Assembly: GCF_006345805.1 (NCBI RefSeq)
Contig: NC_043009.1
Coordinates: 1,302,001 to 1,366,000 of the forward strand
Reading direction: 5' to 3'
DNA: 64,000 nucleotides
From: Octopus sinensis
Lineage: Eukaryota
In this document: piece after piece, positions 37,575 to 50,960 of the stretch
Layout: every line of letters begins with the position of its first letter
Numbering within the stretch: the stretch's first letter is position 1
Translations under genes and position numbers: made by a program
Notes under the pieces: model-generated
The model's database searches: none
Told to the model about the DNA's origin: nothing
Seen by the model: the letters and a program-made list of their open reading frames with translations, nothing else

Positions 37575-39154
37575 AGCAAAACTTCTTCACGAAAGGTTTT
37601 GGTTGTAATGATCTTTAATCTCTACGACTCCTGCTATTTTATGAGCTGTAAATACTGCTTTGTTTCTGAAGTGACACGAAGAGTCGATATTATAAGGGAA
37701 ATGGAATATGGAAGCTTATGAAATCCATATTCCATCCGAGGGATTTCTAACAGAATGACTTAATTGAATTTAGGTGGAAACAGCATTTGTTGATTTCATT
37801 CACCAGAAGAATTTCGCTCTGATGTGTTAGTAACACTTTGCACTAGTAGGACATTTCTTTTTCAATAGGTACACCCTGTAATTTTATGGAGGGGGGGGGA
37901 TGCTACTCTAGTTAGGCAGGATGGCTGGGTGGTTAAGATGTTTTCCTTGCATCCATATGGTTTATGGGTTCAATCTCACTGTGAGATACCTTGAGCAAAT
38001 GTTTTCTACTATAACCTAAAGACAACAATGGCTTGAGTGTGAATTTGTTAGATGAAAACTGTAATGAAGCCCGTCATAAGCTATCATGGCTATGTGGTGA
38101 AGAAGCTTGCTTTGCAATCACATGCTTTTTGGTTCAGTCTCACTACAGGCTGACCAATAGCTTGTGAGTGAATTTGGTAGAGGGGAAACTGTGTGGAAGC
38201 CAGTCATATATATGTATATGTGTTTTTTTCTTTGAGTATAAACCCTCCACACACACACTACTCAACAATCAGTGCTGTTTTGTTTACTCCCTCATTACAG
38301 TGATTTCAGCAAGAGAGACAAAAACAATAAGTACAAGACTTAAAAAATTAGCACTGAAGTCAATTTGTTTGACTAAACCCATCAAGATGATGCCCCAGCA
38401 TGGCTGCAGTCCAATGATCGAAACCCACAAAGGCAAAAAAAAAAAAAAAGGGATGTTTTTTGCAGTTATATTTTGTTTCATGATCCATAAAGTGAAACCA
38501 CTGAATTCAGCTGAAATTTGCCAGAAACATTGTTATAAAAAGAAACAGATTGAATTGGTTTCTTCGAAACTGAATGTCTATTTTGGAACACAAAATAAAA
38601 CTAGCATGAACACAACACTTAGTATTAAATTGCACCATTGAATTATTAATTAATCTTGATGATTATAAGAAAATTAATTGCCCTTCAAATATTTATCATC
38701 ACAGTACAAATATCCTGTGTAATTCCTTTCGGACAGATCGTCAGCATTAATGATGTCATCTACAATTCTAATAAGCACTTGTTGTGTAACATTTCTTCTG
38801 TCTGTGACTTGTCTCTGTCATTAGACTGTGGCCATGCTGCAGTACAACCTTGAAGAGTTTTTAGTAGAAAAAAAATCCTAATATTTATTTCATCATCATC
38901 ATCATTTAACATCCACTTTCCATGCTGGCATAGGTTGGTTGATTTGACTGAGGTCTGGTGAGCCAGAGGCTGCACCAGGCTCCAATCTTGATCTGGCAGA
39001 GTTTCTACAGCTGGATGCCCTTCCTAATGCCAACTACTCCGAGAGTGTAGTGGGTGCTTTTACATGCCACCGTATTATTCTTTTTAAAGATTGGTATTTA
39101 TTCTGTTTGTCTTTAACCACTAAGTTAAAGGGAAATAAACAAACCAACACCAGT

Positions 39155-39455
39155 TGCAGCTGGTTCGATAATTTTTAGAAGAGGATTGGTGTTCATAGCA
39201 TCATCAGGTATGAAGAGGCAGCAAGTTCTGACAAAGGCAGCTGAGGATTTCATGTGTGAATTCCATCAATTCATCACAGCCAAGGGGTACATTGCACAAC
39301 AGGCATTCAACCATGATGAAATTAGTCTTTTTTAAAATAAAAATGCTCAGAAGAACCCACATAACTGCAGAGAAGAAAATGCCAGGCCACAAGCCTATGA
39401 AAGATAGGCTAACTCTCACCCTTTGTGCCAATGCAAGTGGGGACTTGAAGATTAA
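39155..39455 (+). mobile_element. Tigger/pogo transposase fragment (start of DDE domain), degenerate
   Basis: Translates with frameshifts and stops to ...QQAFNHDE.. and RRTHITAEKKMPGHKPMKDRLTLTLCANASGDLKI, matching the Tigger/TIGD motif FNCDETGLFWKKMPRRT...KDRLTL.LCANASGD. Confidence 0.82.
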
Positions 39456-39640
39456 CCCTTTCGATACCAACCCGGCTGAAACTGGCTCTGACTGAGTACA
39501 AATGTCTTGTTTTCATAAGTTTTGAATTAAAATCTTCCACCAAACCATAGTCACAATTTATGTTCCTAACACTAGCTTAATGATAACTAAATTATTTTAC
39601 TAAACAGGAAGATAGAGCTCCAAATATGAGTGTGTATATG

Positions 39641-39679
<39 letters not shown>

Positions 39680-39680
39680 A

Positions 39681-40708
39681 TCTCTCTATATATAAAAGGC
39701 AGTTTGTCTGTCTGTGTGTCTGTCAGGTTGTACCCTCACCCTGACCACGGCTTTCAACTGATTCCGATCAAACTTGACACACACATAGCCCAATGTCATA
39801 TTTCAAAACTAATGCAGCGAAAATTTTGAAAAGTTCCCCCAGTTCTGAAAAAAATCCATAAATTCGACATGGGGTCGTGAATCTAAGCATATCATATGCA
39901 ACACATTTTCTGTTGTAGTTTTCGCAACTTGCAATCGATTTTCACCAAACTCATGGTGAAGCTTAATGTTACCCTAAGGAACTTAATTCTGATGTTAGTT
40001 TTCCATGCAATACCTTACCATCAGAAAAAATCAATAAAATCATGCCATTTTGGGAAATCGCATTCAAATTCAAGATGACATATTTTTGACAATATCTTTA
40101 ACAAATTGGCAGGAATTTTTTTTGAAATTCACAGCGAGCATCATGTTTGCTCCAAGGAGCTATATGGCCCTTTTGATTCCAATAGGTTACGTTATTACTG
40201 GAAAAAATCGGTTAATTACATCATATGTGGCACACAGCAAACCGATTTTTCTGCGATAATTTTTGAAAGTTCAAATAGATTTTTCCCTACACCGATGTTG
40301 GTCATTAAGTTTGCATTAAATGTCAAACTAACGACCTTATATATCAAAAGAAAAACAGGATGCAAAGGATTTTGCGGTACATATGTTTCTGGCTTTATTG
40401 AACAATTTATATAAATTGATATAAGTTGTTCAATAAAGCCAGAAACATATGTACCGCAAAATCCTTTGCGTCCTGTTTTTCTTTTGATACATATATCCTA
40501 TCACCTATACCACTAGCTGGCATATACAGGTGCTTACAGTTATCAAGTATTCACCCTGAAGTTTTTGAACCTATATATATATAGTTATTAATTGGCGTAA
40601 GTTAAAGAGTGACTCAAGGGTAAAGACTTTTCTATATTGGTACTCATCAATAAGTGCCAATGTGAAAAACTTTTCATCTTGAGTTACATTGTAACTTTTC
40701 CCAACTAG
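39681..40708 (+). mobile_element. Non-autonomous Helitron-like element
   Basis: 5' TC-tatatataaaag-(gtct/gtgt)n start typical of Helitron derivatives. Possible 3' hairpin agttac-att-gtaact followed by CTAG|T at 40705-40709. The 3' boundary is tentative. Confidence 0.5.
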
Positions 40709-40714
40709 TAATAT

Positions 40715-41042
40715 ATGTAACTGGCACTCTGTCAGTTATGATGACGAGAGTTCCAGTTGATCCAATCAACAGAACAGCCTGCCAGCGAAATTAACGTGCT
40801 GAGTGCACCACAGACACACGTGGACCCTTAACATAGCTCTGAGGGTGATTCAGCACGATACAAAATGTGACAAAGCTGGCCCCTTGTGAATTACAAGTAC
40901 AACTCATTCATGCCAGCTGAGTGGAGTGGAGCAACGGGAAATAAAGTGTCTTGCTTAAGGACACAATGCCCTGCTGGGAATTGAACTCACAACCTTACAA
41001 TGGTGAGCCAACTGCCCTAACCACAAAGCCACATGCCTTCAC
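40715..41042 (-). mobile_element. SINE family E (tRNA head plus CORE-like gtgtccttaagcaagacacttta)
   Basis: Minus strand aaggcatgtggctttgtggttagggc...gtgagttcaattccc then a CORE-like block. Partial copies at about 42540-42740, 55300-55500 and 63340-63470. Confidence 0.8.
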
Positions 41043-41579
41043 CAGTAATATATATGTGTGTGTGTGTGTGTGTGTAATTTTCATGACTTGGTGGTTTACT
41101 GGTGCATATTAGTCAATATTGTTGACTGTATTTTAGTTAAAGCCATAGCTTTGATTAGGTTTGTCCAGAGTTGCCTCTCTTTGATATTTCTCATTGATAA
41201 TGGCTAACGAGTTGGAAGCATTGATGTCTGGCAATTTGACAGGTGGCATCAGTGGGCATTTATGTTATGACACCTGTTTATCATAAGCGAGATTTTTTTA
41301 ATCCAAGATAGTTGCAGTGAATTTATCTTTAGCAGTTGAAATATGTCACAAACATTTTAACTAACCTAAAGTTTTCACACACACACATACATCTTTTACT
41401 TGTTTCAGTTATTTGACGGTGGCCATGCTGAAGCACCACCTTAGTCAAACTAATCGACCCCAGAACTTATTCTTTGTAAGCCTAGTACTTATTCTATTGG
41501 TCTCTTTTGCCAAACTGCTAAGTTATGGGGACATAAACACACCAACATCAGTTGTCAAGCAATGGTGGGGTGCATCACT

Positions 41580-42010
41580 TTATGTCCGTTGTCCATAATG
41601 GCATGGGTTGGACGATTTGACTGGGCTGGCATGCTGGAAGGCTGCACTAGGCTCCAGTCCGATTTGCCATGGTTTTCTATGGCTGGATGCCCTTCCTAAC
41701 ACCAAACACTCCAAGAGTGTAATAGGTGCATTTACACGCCACCGGCACGGGTGCCATTTGTGTGACAATAGGGTGCATTTATGTGCCACTGGCATGGGTG
41801 CCAATTTGCATGACACTGGTATCTGTCACAACTGCAACTTTGCTCAGCTTGATGGGTTTTCTTCTCAAGCATGACATAATGCCAAAGGTCTTGGTCATTG
41901 CCTCCATGAGGCCCAACGCTTGAAAGGAACACAACCACCTTGCCTCTGTGAGGCCCAACACTTGAAAAGAACGCAGCCACTTTGCTTCCGTAAGGCCCAA
42001 TGCTTGAAAG
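41580..42010 (-). mobile_element. SINE-like family C (ggttggcattaggaagggcatccagc domain, (gat)n RTE-type tail), representative
   Basis: Recurs at about 8050-8210, 32870-33005, 38890-39075, 43205-43580, 45500-45715, 48960-49230, 52470-53155, 54310-54675, 55935-56490, 58080-58395 and 61090-61810. Constant 3' part, variable modular 5' part. Confidence 0.85.
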
Positions 42011-43146
42011 AGACTCATATAGTGTATGTGTGTGCAGTGTATAAAATACATCTCTAAATGTGTGTGTGTTATATTTATTGCATGGTACTTTGGTTAAATA
42101 TCTTCTAAAAGTAAATGAAATTCTGTTGAAATGAAACTATGTAGAGGCTTCTTGCTAAATAAACCATTCTGGTAACTGAATGAGTCAGACTTACTGTACA
42201 CTATGTTAAAGCTGAACCTACATGAAAATGAATCTTACAGTGACAAAGAAACTATGGAATACACAGCCACTGATACTATAAACAATTAGTGAATAGTTTC
42301 ATTGATTGAATTGGAACATTCATTCACTAAAGCTGGCAAAATCTATTCATTCATTAGCTAATTCGTTTGTGATTATGTTATCAAGCTTGCTATCATGATA
42401 GCTTAATAAGTGAATGCATTAACTCGTCACAGCATGGCTGAATTGTTAAGACGTTTGCTTTGCAATTACAAAGTTCAGGGTTCCATCTCACTGCATAAGT
42501 TCTCGAGCAAGTGTTTTTTTTTTCCATGATGAATATTTGGAAGGACTTGTGCTATGAATTAACATGGAAAGTGGTAGAATATTCCATGAACCCATGTACC
42601 CTTAATATAGTCCTTGACCCAGAATCTTGGGGTGAGCCAAGCCTTGCAGGTAGTATCAGTAATGAGACAGAAACTGTGTGGACGCTTATCATATAGATCA
42701 CACCTGTTATTCAAATATTCAGCTTTGTCACACACAGTCATGCTGATTCTGTCCTAGGATTACCTTATGGATAAATATTTCTGTGAAATACTCAACCACT
42801 TTCCATGTTAATTCAAAGAGTAAGCCTTTCCGTCTATCAAACAACTGAATATTCAACATCGAAAATTATGGAAGTTAGATCACCATCCACCACCATCATC
42901 ATCATCATCATCATTTAATGTCCACTTTTCTTTGCTTCCATGGGTTAGATGGAATTTGTTGAGGTAGATCTTTTACAATTAGATGCTCTTCCTGTTGCCA
43001 ACTTTTACCTCATTCCAAATATGGTAATATTTCCCTCATGGCCAGACATGCATTTCTCAGAAGACTTATTTACAACCATCACATGATGTCAACACATGCA
43101 CACACATACACCTCTCTCTCATATATATATATATATATAATATATA

Positions 43147-43203
<57 letters not shown>

Positions 43204-43616
43204 TGTCATTTAATGTCCATTGTCCATGCTGGCATGGGTTGGACTAGAGCTGGTAAGCTGCACCAGACTCCAGTCTGATCTGGTATGGATTTTACAGCTG
43301 GATGCCCTTCCTAATGCCAACCACTTTACAGAATGTGCTGAGTGCTATTACGTGGTACTGCACAGGTGCTTTTACATGGTTTCACACAGATCATCTATAT
43401 TATCATCATTTAATGCCCTTCTTCCATGCTGGCATGGGTTAAATGGTTTGACAGAAGCTGGCAAGCCACAGGACTGCACCAAGCCAAACTGTTTTGGGCA
43501 GGGTTTTCATGAATGCCCTTCCTAACACCAACCAATTTACAGAGTAGACTGATTACTTTTTATGTGGCATGGCACCCCCAGTCACAATTAGTGATGATAA
43601 CATTTTACCTTTATGG

Positions 43617-43653
<37 letters not shown>

Positions 43654-44649
43654 GTATATATTTTATTATTTATGAGCCCTTTTCAAGCCTAGCCAGGCTC
43701 ATGGGCCCATTTTCCCAGTTTCTGTGGCGTATGTGTTACCCCCAGCTGGACGGGAAGCCAGTGCATCACAGTGTTACTCAAGAAACAGGAAGAAAGGGTG
43801 AGAGAAAGTTGTGGTGAAAGAGTACAACAGGGGTTGCCACCGTCCCCTGCCGGAGCCCCATGGAGCTTTAAGTGTTTTTGCTCAATAAACACACACAACA
43901 CCCGGTCTGGGAATCGAAACTGTGATCCTCCGACTGCGAGTCCGCTGCCCTAACCACTGGGTCATTGCGCCTCCACACACATATTATATATATACATGTA
44001 TGTATATTGTTTATGTGTTTAAAAGCTAGCCTTGAGGCCTTTTCTCCCTCCATTTTGAAGACAGGTTATAAGCCACTGACCATTAGGGTCTGATGAGACA
44101 TTTGTAAATCTAAGCACTTTAAGGACTTAAAATCCTGGGTCACCCCATGAACTGGCCATAACTATCTTTGTCTAAATACTCAACAGCTCTATAACTTAGA
44201 GGGTTTCTCTTTCAGATTCCTGATTTACTGAAGATATATATATATATATATATACAATATATATATTCTTTTATCTTTTTATTTGTTTGTCATTTGACTG
44301 TGGCCATGCTGGAGCTCTGCCTTGAAGGGTTTTAGTCGAACAAATCGAATGCAGGTCTTATTTATTAAAGCCTAGTACTTATTCTATCGGTCTCTTTTTG
44401 CTAAACCACTAAGTTACAGGGATGTAAGCACACCAACACTGGTTGTCAAGCAGTGATAGGAGGACAAACACAGATACACATACACATATATATATATATA
44501 TATATATGACAGGCTTCTTTCAGTTTCCATCTACCTAATCCACTCATAAGGCTTTGGTCAGCCTGAGGCTATAGAAGACACTTAAACCTGGAACCTTGTG
44601 GTTGGGAAGCAAGTCTCTTACCCCACAGCCATATCTGTATGTATGTATA

Positions 44650-44694
<45 letters not shown>

Positions 44695-45939
44695 CTCTTT
44701 CTGTTGAAGAGCATAGGATTGAAATGTAAAAGGCTTTTTCTATTCCTGAGCGCTATACTAATACATTTGTTTGTTTGTACTCCTGCCTTCGTCTTTTGTT
44801 TATTTTCGTAAACTTTCCCTTTATATATATATACACATGCACACACATAGATGCAATGATTTTTCAGTTCCCATCTACCAAATTCATCCACAAGATTTTA
44901 GTTGGCCCAGGGCTAAAGTAAAAGTCACCCCAGTTGCAGCACAAAGGGTCTGAACCAGAGACCCCACAGCTGTGAAGCAAGCTTCTCAACCATACAGCCA
45001 CACCTGTGCCCTATACCCATACCTATGCTAATGATTACATGTTTTTATTTTTAAATGGGTGGATATTCAAATTCTCCAAAAATTTACAAGAGACATTCAC
45101 AAAACTGACATTCTGTGGCTTTTGCTTCTCTGCAAAATTCTTTATTTTCATTCAGCTTTTTTTATTATTTATTTTTCCAAAATTCTCTAGATTACTTTAA
45201 TACCATGTTTGTTTATATTTTGTACTAACTTACCAGTCTTTTAGTTCTTTCCTTCTAATTCTAATGAAATACATCAACAACTGATGTCTCCTACCCTCTA
45301 CGTTCATATGAGTGCTTTCTTTTTGTGTTTTTCTATTTTACAAGGAAAATGGAAGAAAATGCCTGGATCTATGTAAGACAAATGGTTTTGAGCCAACAAA
45401 AAGAAAAGATACATTAGACGGTGTACTCCTAGATACACAATCACTAAAATGATAGGAATGTCTTTGATAATTGATCTGCTTGATCGGGCAAGTGTTCTTC
45501 ATCATCATCGTTTAACGTCCGCTTTCCATGCTAGCATGGGTTGGACGTGTGACTGAGGGCTAGCAAACCAGATGGCTGCACCAGACTCCTATCTGATCTG
45601 GCAGAGTTTCTACAGCTGGATGCCCTTCCTAATGCCAACCAATCCGAGAGTGTAGTGGGTGCTTTTACGTGCCAGTCAGGCGGCACTGGCAACAACCTCG
45701 CTCAAATCTTTTACCCCTTGTTAAATAATGAGGTTCAAACATCTTCAGAAGTATAAAACATAGAGCAAGAAGGGTACTTCATCAGGCTGGCTTGTTGAGA
45801 GAAGAGGGTACTCTATCAGGCTGACTTGCTCTAAATTTTTTCCTATTATTACTAATATCACAAAGGTGTTATGCAAACAGAATCATTAGAGAGGCAGAAA
45901 CAATGGTATTGCAGTTCTTGTTCTGATTCCCTACTGGAA

Positions 45940-46328
45940 GTGCAGGAGTGGCCATGTGGTAAGTAGCTTGCTTACCAACCACATGGTCCCGGGTTCAGTC
46001 CCACTGTGTGGCACTTTGGGCAAGTGTCTTCTACTATAGTCTCGGGCTGACCAAAGCCTTGTGAGTGGATTTGGTAGACGGAAACTGGAAGAAGTCCATC
46101 GTATATGTATATATATATGTATGTGTGTATATGTTTGTGTGTCTGTTTGTTCCCCAGCATTGCTTGAGAACCGATGCTGGTGTGTTGACGTCCCCGTCAC
46201 TTAGCAGTTCGGCAAAAGACAATAAGTACTTGGCTTACAAAGAATAAGCTCTGGGGTTGATTTACTCGACTATAAAGGCAGTGCTCCAGCATGGCTGCAG
46301 TCAAATGACTGAAACAAGTAAAAGAGTA
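45940..46328 (+). mobile_element. SINE family B (tRNA-derived head, CORE-like domain, internal microsatellite, aagagtaa tail), full-length representative
   Basis: A box tggccatgtgg, B box gggttcagtccc, CORE-like ttgggcaagtgtctt. More than 20 copies in the window, e.g. 9380-9763(-), 12710-13037(-), 16440-16790(-), 29340-29715(-), 30520-30875(-), 30880-31225(-), 34610-34975(+), 37105-37495(-), 44270-44640(-), 50045-50405(+), 51140-51505(-), 52130-52445(+), 57668-58072(-). Confidence 0.9.
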
Positions 46329-47035
46329 AGTCAATTTTGCCTTTTTTTCTTTTAGTGCCAGTGAACTAAAGTACCAATCAAATACTGGAGTTCGTGGGAC
46401 TGACTAACCTTAAACCCATTAAATTCACTCACTTGCGTCCATTGTTTTGCTAATATATTACAAAGATTAGGGATGGTAATAACGTGAAGTCATAGCTGAG
46501 TGTTTATTTAATATTAAAAATAATCTATTTGCTAGACTAATTTTGATCAAGATATTGATCAAAAATACAATTCGACTTTCTCTCAAAGAAAACGAAAATC
46601 AATATGCATTTGTAAATGTTTTTACTTAGCAAATCAGTCATGTTAATGATTTTAAACATATAAACACAACAAATACTTGTCTAACACTTAAGGTGTATAA
46701 TATCTAGTAATGTCTGGTAAGGCAGCGAGCTGGCAGAAACGTTTGCATGCTATTTAAAATGCTTGGTGGTATTTCGTCTCTCTTTACGTTCTGAGTTCAA
46801 ATTCCACCGAGGTCGACTTTGCCTTTCATCCTTTCAGGGTTAATAATTTAAGTACCAGTTATGCACTGGGATTGATGTAATCAACTTAATCCCTTTGTCT
46901 TTCCTTGTTTGTCCCCTCTGTGTTTAGCCCCTTGTGGGCAGTAAAGAAATAAGTAATGTCTATTAATCACAGACGAATGAAAATGGCTCTCATCCTGTCT
47001 GTCTCCCTCTCTCTTTCTTTCTTGCTATCTTTCTA

Positions 47036-47075
<40 letters not shown>

Positions 47076-48029
47076 ATAGTGAAATTAATGTAATTATTGT
47101 TCTTATATAACCCCAGGTCAGTCCTGGTTGAGCAGACCTATCATCAAGGGTATTCCAGCAATGACCATCCCATCTTTCTGTATATAGGCATTCTCTGTAT
47201 TACAGAAATATTGTGTTCCTGAAAATCCTGCCATAATTTGGAATTTTCTTATGAAAGCCCCATTTTCTCAGAGTTCGATGGGGTAAATAGGGATTCCATG
47301 TGCTGGCAAGATTCTGAGATTTTCAAAACATGCAACAGTTCCATAACATAAAGAATGTCTGTATGATTGAGGGTGGAGAGATTTAGATACTGTGTCTAGC
47401 AGATCGAGTGAGTGTGAATAGGTTCATTATGTATTTACATGAAGGGTAAGGTGGGTGAACAAATAGCCTTGGTATCTAGTTTGGTGTCTAAAAAGATAAA
47501 TGGAGGAGAGTATAGGGTTTTAATTAACTGAACAAGGCACAAAATGAGTGTCACTTTCATACAAGCTGAATGTATCTCTAATCTTTCATGGAAACAAATA
47601 TGGCTACGAGGAAATATTACCTTATGTGGAAAGAGGTGAAGTTTGGAGACAGGAAAAGCATCTGGCTCTAGAAAATTCTCAACAAATTCCACCTGACCCA
47701 CGAAAACATGAAAAAAATGGATGTTATGACGATGATGGTGATGAATTATTTTCAAAATTGATTAAAATGAAGGCAGTGAATTTCAACAGAAATAACCAAA
47801 CGGAAAGGTTAAACTGGTTTTTGGAACATGATTTAGCCCCACTCCTACCAGCATGGAAGGTGGATGTTAAACAATGATGACTTCATGAGTGATTCTTACA
47901 TAAAATTCTATTAGTTGTCTTAAATTCATATATTATCAACAATTTTGTATCATAAACCCAGAGGCTGATCTTAGGCAGGTTGGTATCAAAAGTGTTCAGT
48001 TTACAATTGTGAAATCTAATCCTTCCACA

Positions 48030-48428
48030 TTGAACACTCGACCATTCAGATTATTCTGTTAAATGTAATGATCATTGATTCAATGTTTTGAATTAATCAT
48101 GCATTATCTCGTAGCTTCAATATTTCAGTGATGTGATTGTATTTTTTGGAATGACATTGTAAGGTAGGTGTGAAAGGCTTGATCTTGCCAATCTGAATAT
48201 AAAACAGGTAGAATATTTGGGTTGGGTATGGCCCGTTTAAATGCTGAAGGGTTAAACTGGCTAGATCTGGCCAAAATATTCTCTCACATCTGCCTTTCAG
48301 TGTCATTCTAAAGATAACCAATCTCATAATCAGAATCTTAAAGCTATGAGACAATGCATGATTAATTCAAAACAATATGAATTAATAAGCCTTACATTTG
48401 ACAGAGTAATCTGAATGCTAAAGGGTTA
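48030..48428. mobile_element. Two adjacent, oppositely oriented copies of the piggyBac-like MITE
   Basis: 48040-48256 (+, ends gaagggttaa) is directly followed by 48257-48428 (-, ends ctaaagggttaga). Confidence 0.6.
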
Positions 48429-50569
48429 GACCCAAAACTCAGAAAGCTCTTAGAGTCAGGTCCTGGAAAAACATTTTATTCAGTTTGACATTCTGCCATT
48501 TCTTCCAAATTTTCCACTTTACATTCTTTTCTATCATAAAGAAGTGGGTTATGTTTGTTTAAGTGACAGATAAAGAACTGCATTGAAGTGAATTCGTCCT
48601 TGTGCTCTCATTCACAACCTCACTATGCATACAATATTGCCTTAGCTGTTTTCTCTGCAGTAACTAGTTCTATTCAATCAAACTGTACAGGTTTTCTTGA
48701 TTGAGGCTAGTCCAGGTGAATCAAAATATTTCAATTTTTAGTTTTCTTTTACTCAAGAGGGAAAGAGCAAAGCTCACGACCCTGCATGGGGCCTCAGATT
48801 GATAAGAGCAAGGGAGAGAGAGAGAGAGAGAGAGAGAGAGGGAAGAAATTACCCAAGAATTGTAAAGCTAGCCTGAATGCCTGCAACAGAGTGTAATAAA
48901 AAAAGTGCGTAATAGCTTTGCAAATGGATGAGAGTCAAACAAATCAGATTTTATATATCATCATCTAGCATCCGTTTTCCATGCCAGCATGGGTTAGATG
49001 GTTTGACTGGAACTAGTAAGCCAGAATGCTGTACCAGGTTCCAGTCTGATTTGGTTTCGTTTCTATGGCTGGATCCCCTTCCTAATGTCAAACACTCCAA
49101 GAGTGATGTGGATGCCTTTTATGTGTCACCAGCACTTGTCCACAATTATGATTTCACTTGGCTGGACAAGTCTTCTCAAGCACAACAGATCACCAAAGAT
49201 CTCAATCACTTGTCATTGCCCCTGGCACCCAACATCCAAAGATCATGCTATACCTCCTTGTCCCATGTCTTCCTGGGTTTACATCTTCCACAGGTTCCCT
49301 CTACAGTTAGAGATATCTCATAGATTTGTGCACAATAGTGTATTTAAATTTATGTGCATTAAAAAGATTTTAATGGGCCAAATCATTGACAGTTTATTAC
49401 TTAGAACAGAATTGTTATTTGGCTGGCATTGTGACCCCATTTAGTGTTTGTGACATACACATTGGAATAGCATTTCCCAACCATTTTATCCTTGAAGAAG
49501 GAGCGCTTGGAATAAATACAATTTCTTAGAGAATTCCTGCTTAAAAGTAACTTCATTTTTTTTATATTAATCTTTGTCTTTCTCTTCCATAAAGTTAAAT
49601 TTGCTAAGGCAAACAGAATATATTTTTCTCATGCTTGGTTTTAAGCAAAAAATAATTCAAGTTTTTCTTGAATTTTAAACAATACAAAAAATAACAGAAA
49701 TCAAGAAACCTCGTAAAAGAGTTTTTGTTTGTGAAACGGAAAAACAAAAAAACGATTGAAGTGAGCTGCCAGTATTTTGTGGGGAGTGTTCTTTCTGTAA
49801 ATCTCTAACTGGGCTTTGAGTTGCTGATGCAACAATGAAGGTGGGGCCATAAATTCTGTTACTGAAGTTGTAGAAAAGGCCACTAGGTGGTTTGCTGCTA
49901 CTGAGATGCAAGTTAGGACTTCATCAACACCAGCTGAGGAGAGACCAGAAATCCCCATGAGAACTCAAAAATATCACTCGTATTCCGGAGCATTTGTGAG
50001 ATATATCTTGGAACTATGCAGAAAAAAATATATATGTAAGCACAAGCATGGCTGTGTGGTAAGAAATTTGCTTCCCAACCACTAGATTCCAGGTTCAGTC
50101 CCATTGCATGGCACCTTGGGCAAATGTCCTTATGAGTGGATTTGGTAGATGGAGACTGAAAGAAGTCTGTCATGTGTCTGTGTGAGTGTGTGTATCTTTG
50201 TTTAATTCCCCTTCCCACTTGACACCTAGTGTTGTTGTGTTTACATCTTTGTAACTTAGCAGTTTGGCAAGGAGACCAACAAAATAAATACCAGCCTTAA
50301 TAAAAAAAAAAGTACTGAAGTTGATTCATTCAACAAAAATTTCAAGGCAGTGCCCCAGCATGGCCACAGTCTAATGACTGAAACAAGTAAAAGAGTAAAA
50401 GAATATAAATAACATACATTCTCCTTAACAAACCAGTTATTACGAAGAGGATTCAAGAAATATTATTAAGCCAAATTCTTATTTACAATCAAATATTCCT
50501 AAAATTCTTTATTCAGAGACTACGGTTCTCACAAGTCTAACTACAATTGTCAGGATTTCTGTATGACAG

Positions 50570-50960
50570 GGAATATATTAGTAGTAGTTGGCATCTGTCA
50601 GTCTCAAGAAATCATGGATCTGTGTCTGAAGAAATCTTGTCAACTGCTGATGGTGGTGCTGCACCTGGCCCACACCGGAGTGGCAATCATGCATACAGTG
50701 ACTGCATTTGAAGCAGCTCTCTACTGGCACCACTGCTTCTTCCTTCCATTGAGTGCGCTGTTCTTTGGTGGTGAGTTCCTGTCTTTTTTCCCTTTGCTTC
50801 ATCCCCTTTTGCAGAATTTGTTTCCAGCATGGGCGATCATTTGCAATCTCTTCCCATCCCAGGAGTCCCAGATCAAGTGACTAGATACCTTCCTTGCAGA
50901 CATCCTTGAAACAAAGATGAGGTCATCCTCGCACTCTTGTGCTGGTGGCCAATTCCCCAC
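50570..50960 (-). mobile_element. RTE (BovB-like) LINE 3' fragment
   Basis: PHLCFKDVCKEG..WEEIANDRPCWKQILQKG..FKCSHCMHDCHSGVGQVQH (C-terminal CCHH-like knuckle), followed by a gatgccaactactactaa tail. Confidence 0.75.

Noticed and set aside
37701-37735. 12-bp perfect hairpin (atggaatatgga / tccatattccat) as a pre-miRNA
   Set aside because: The stem is too short and does not extend into a ~60-70 nt precursor.
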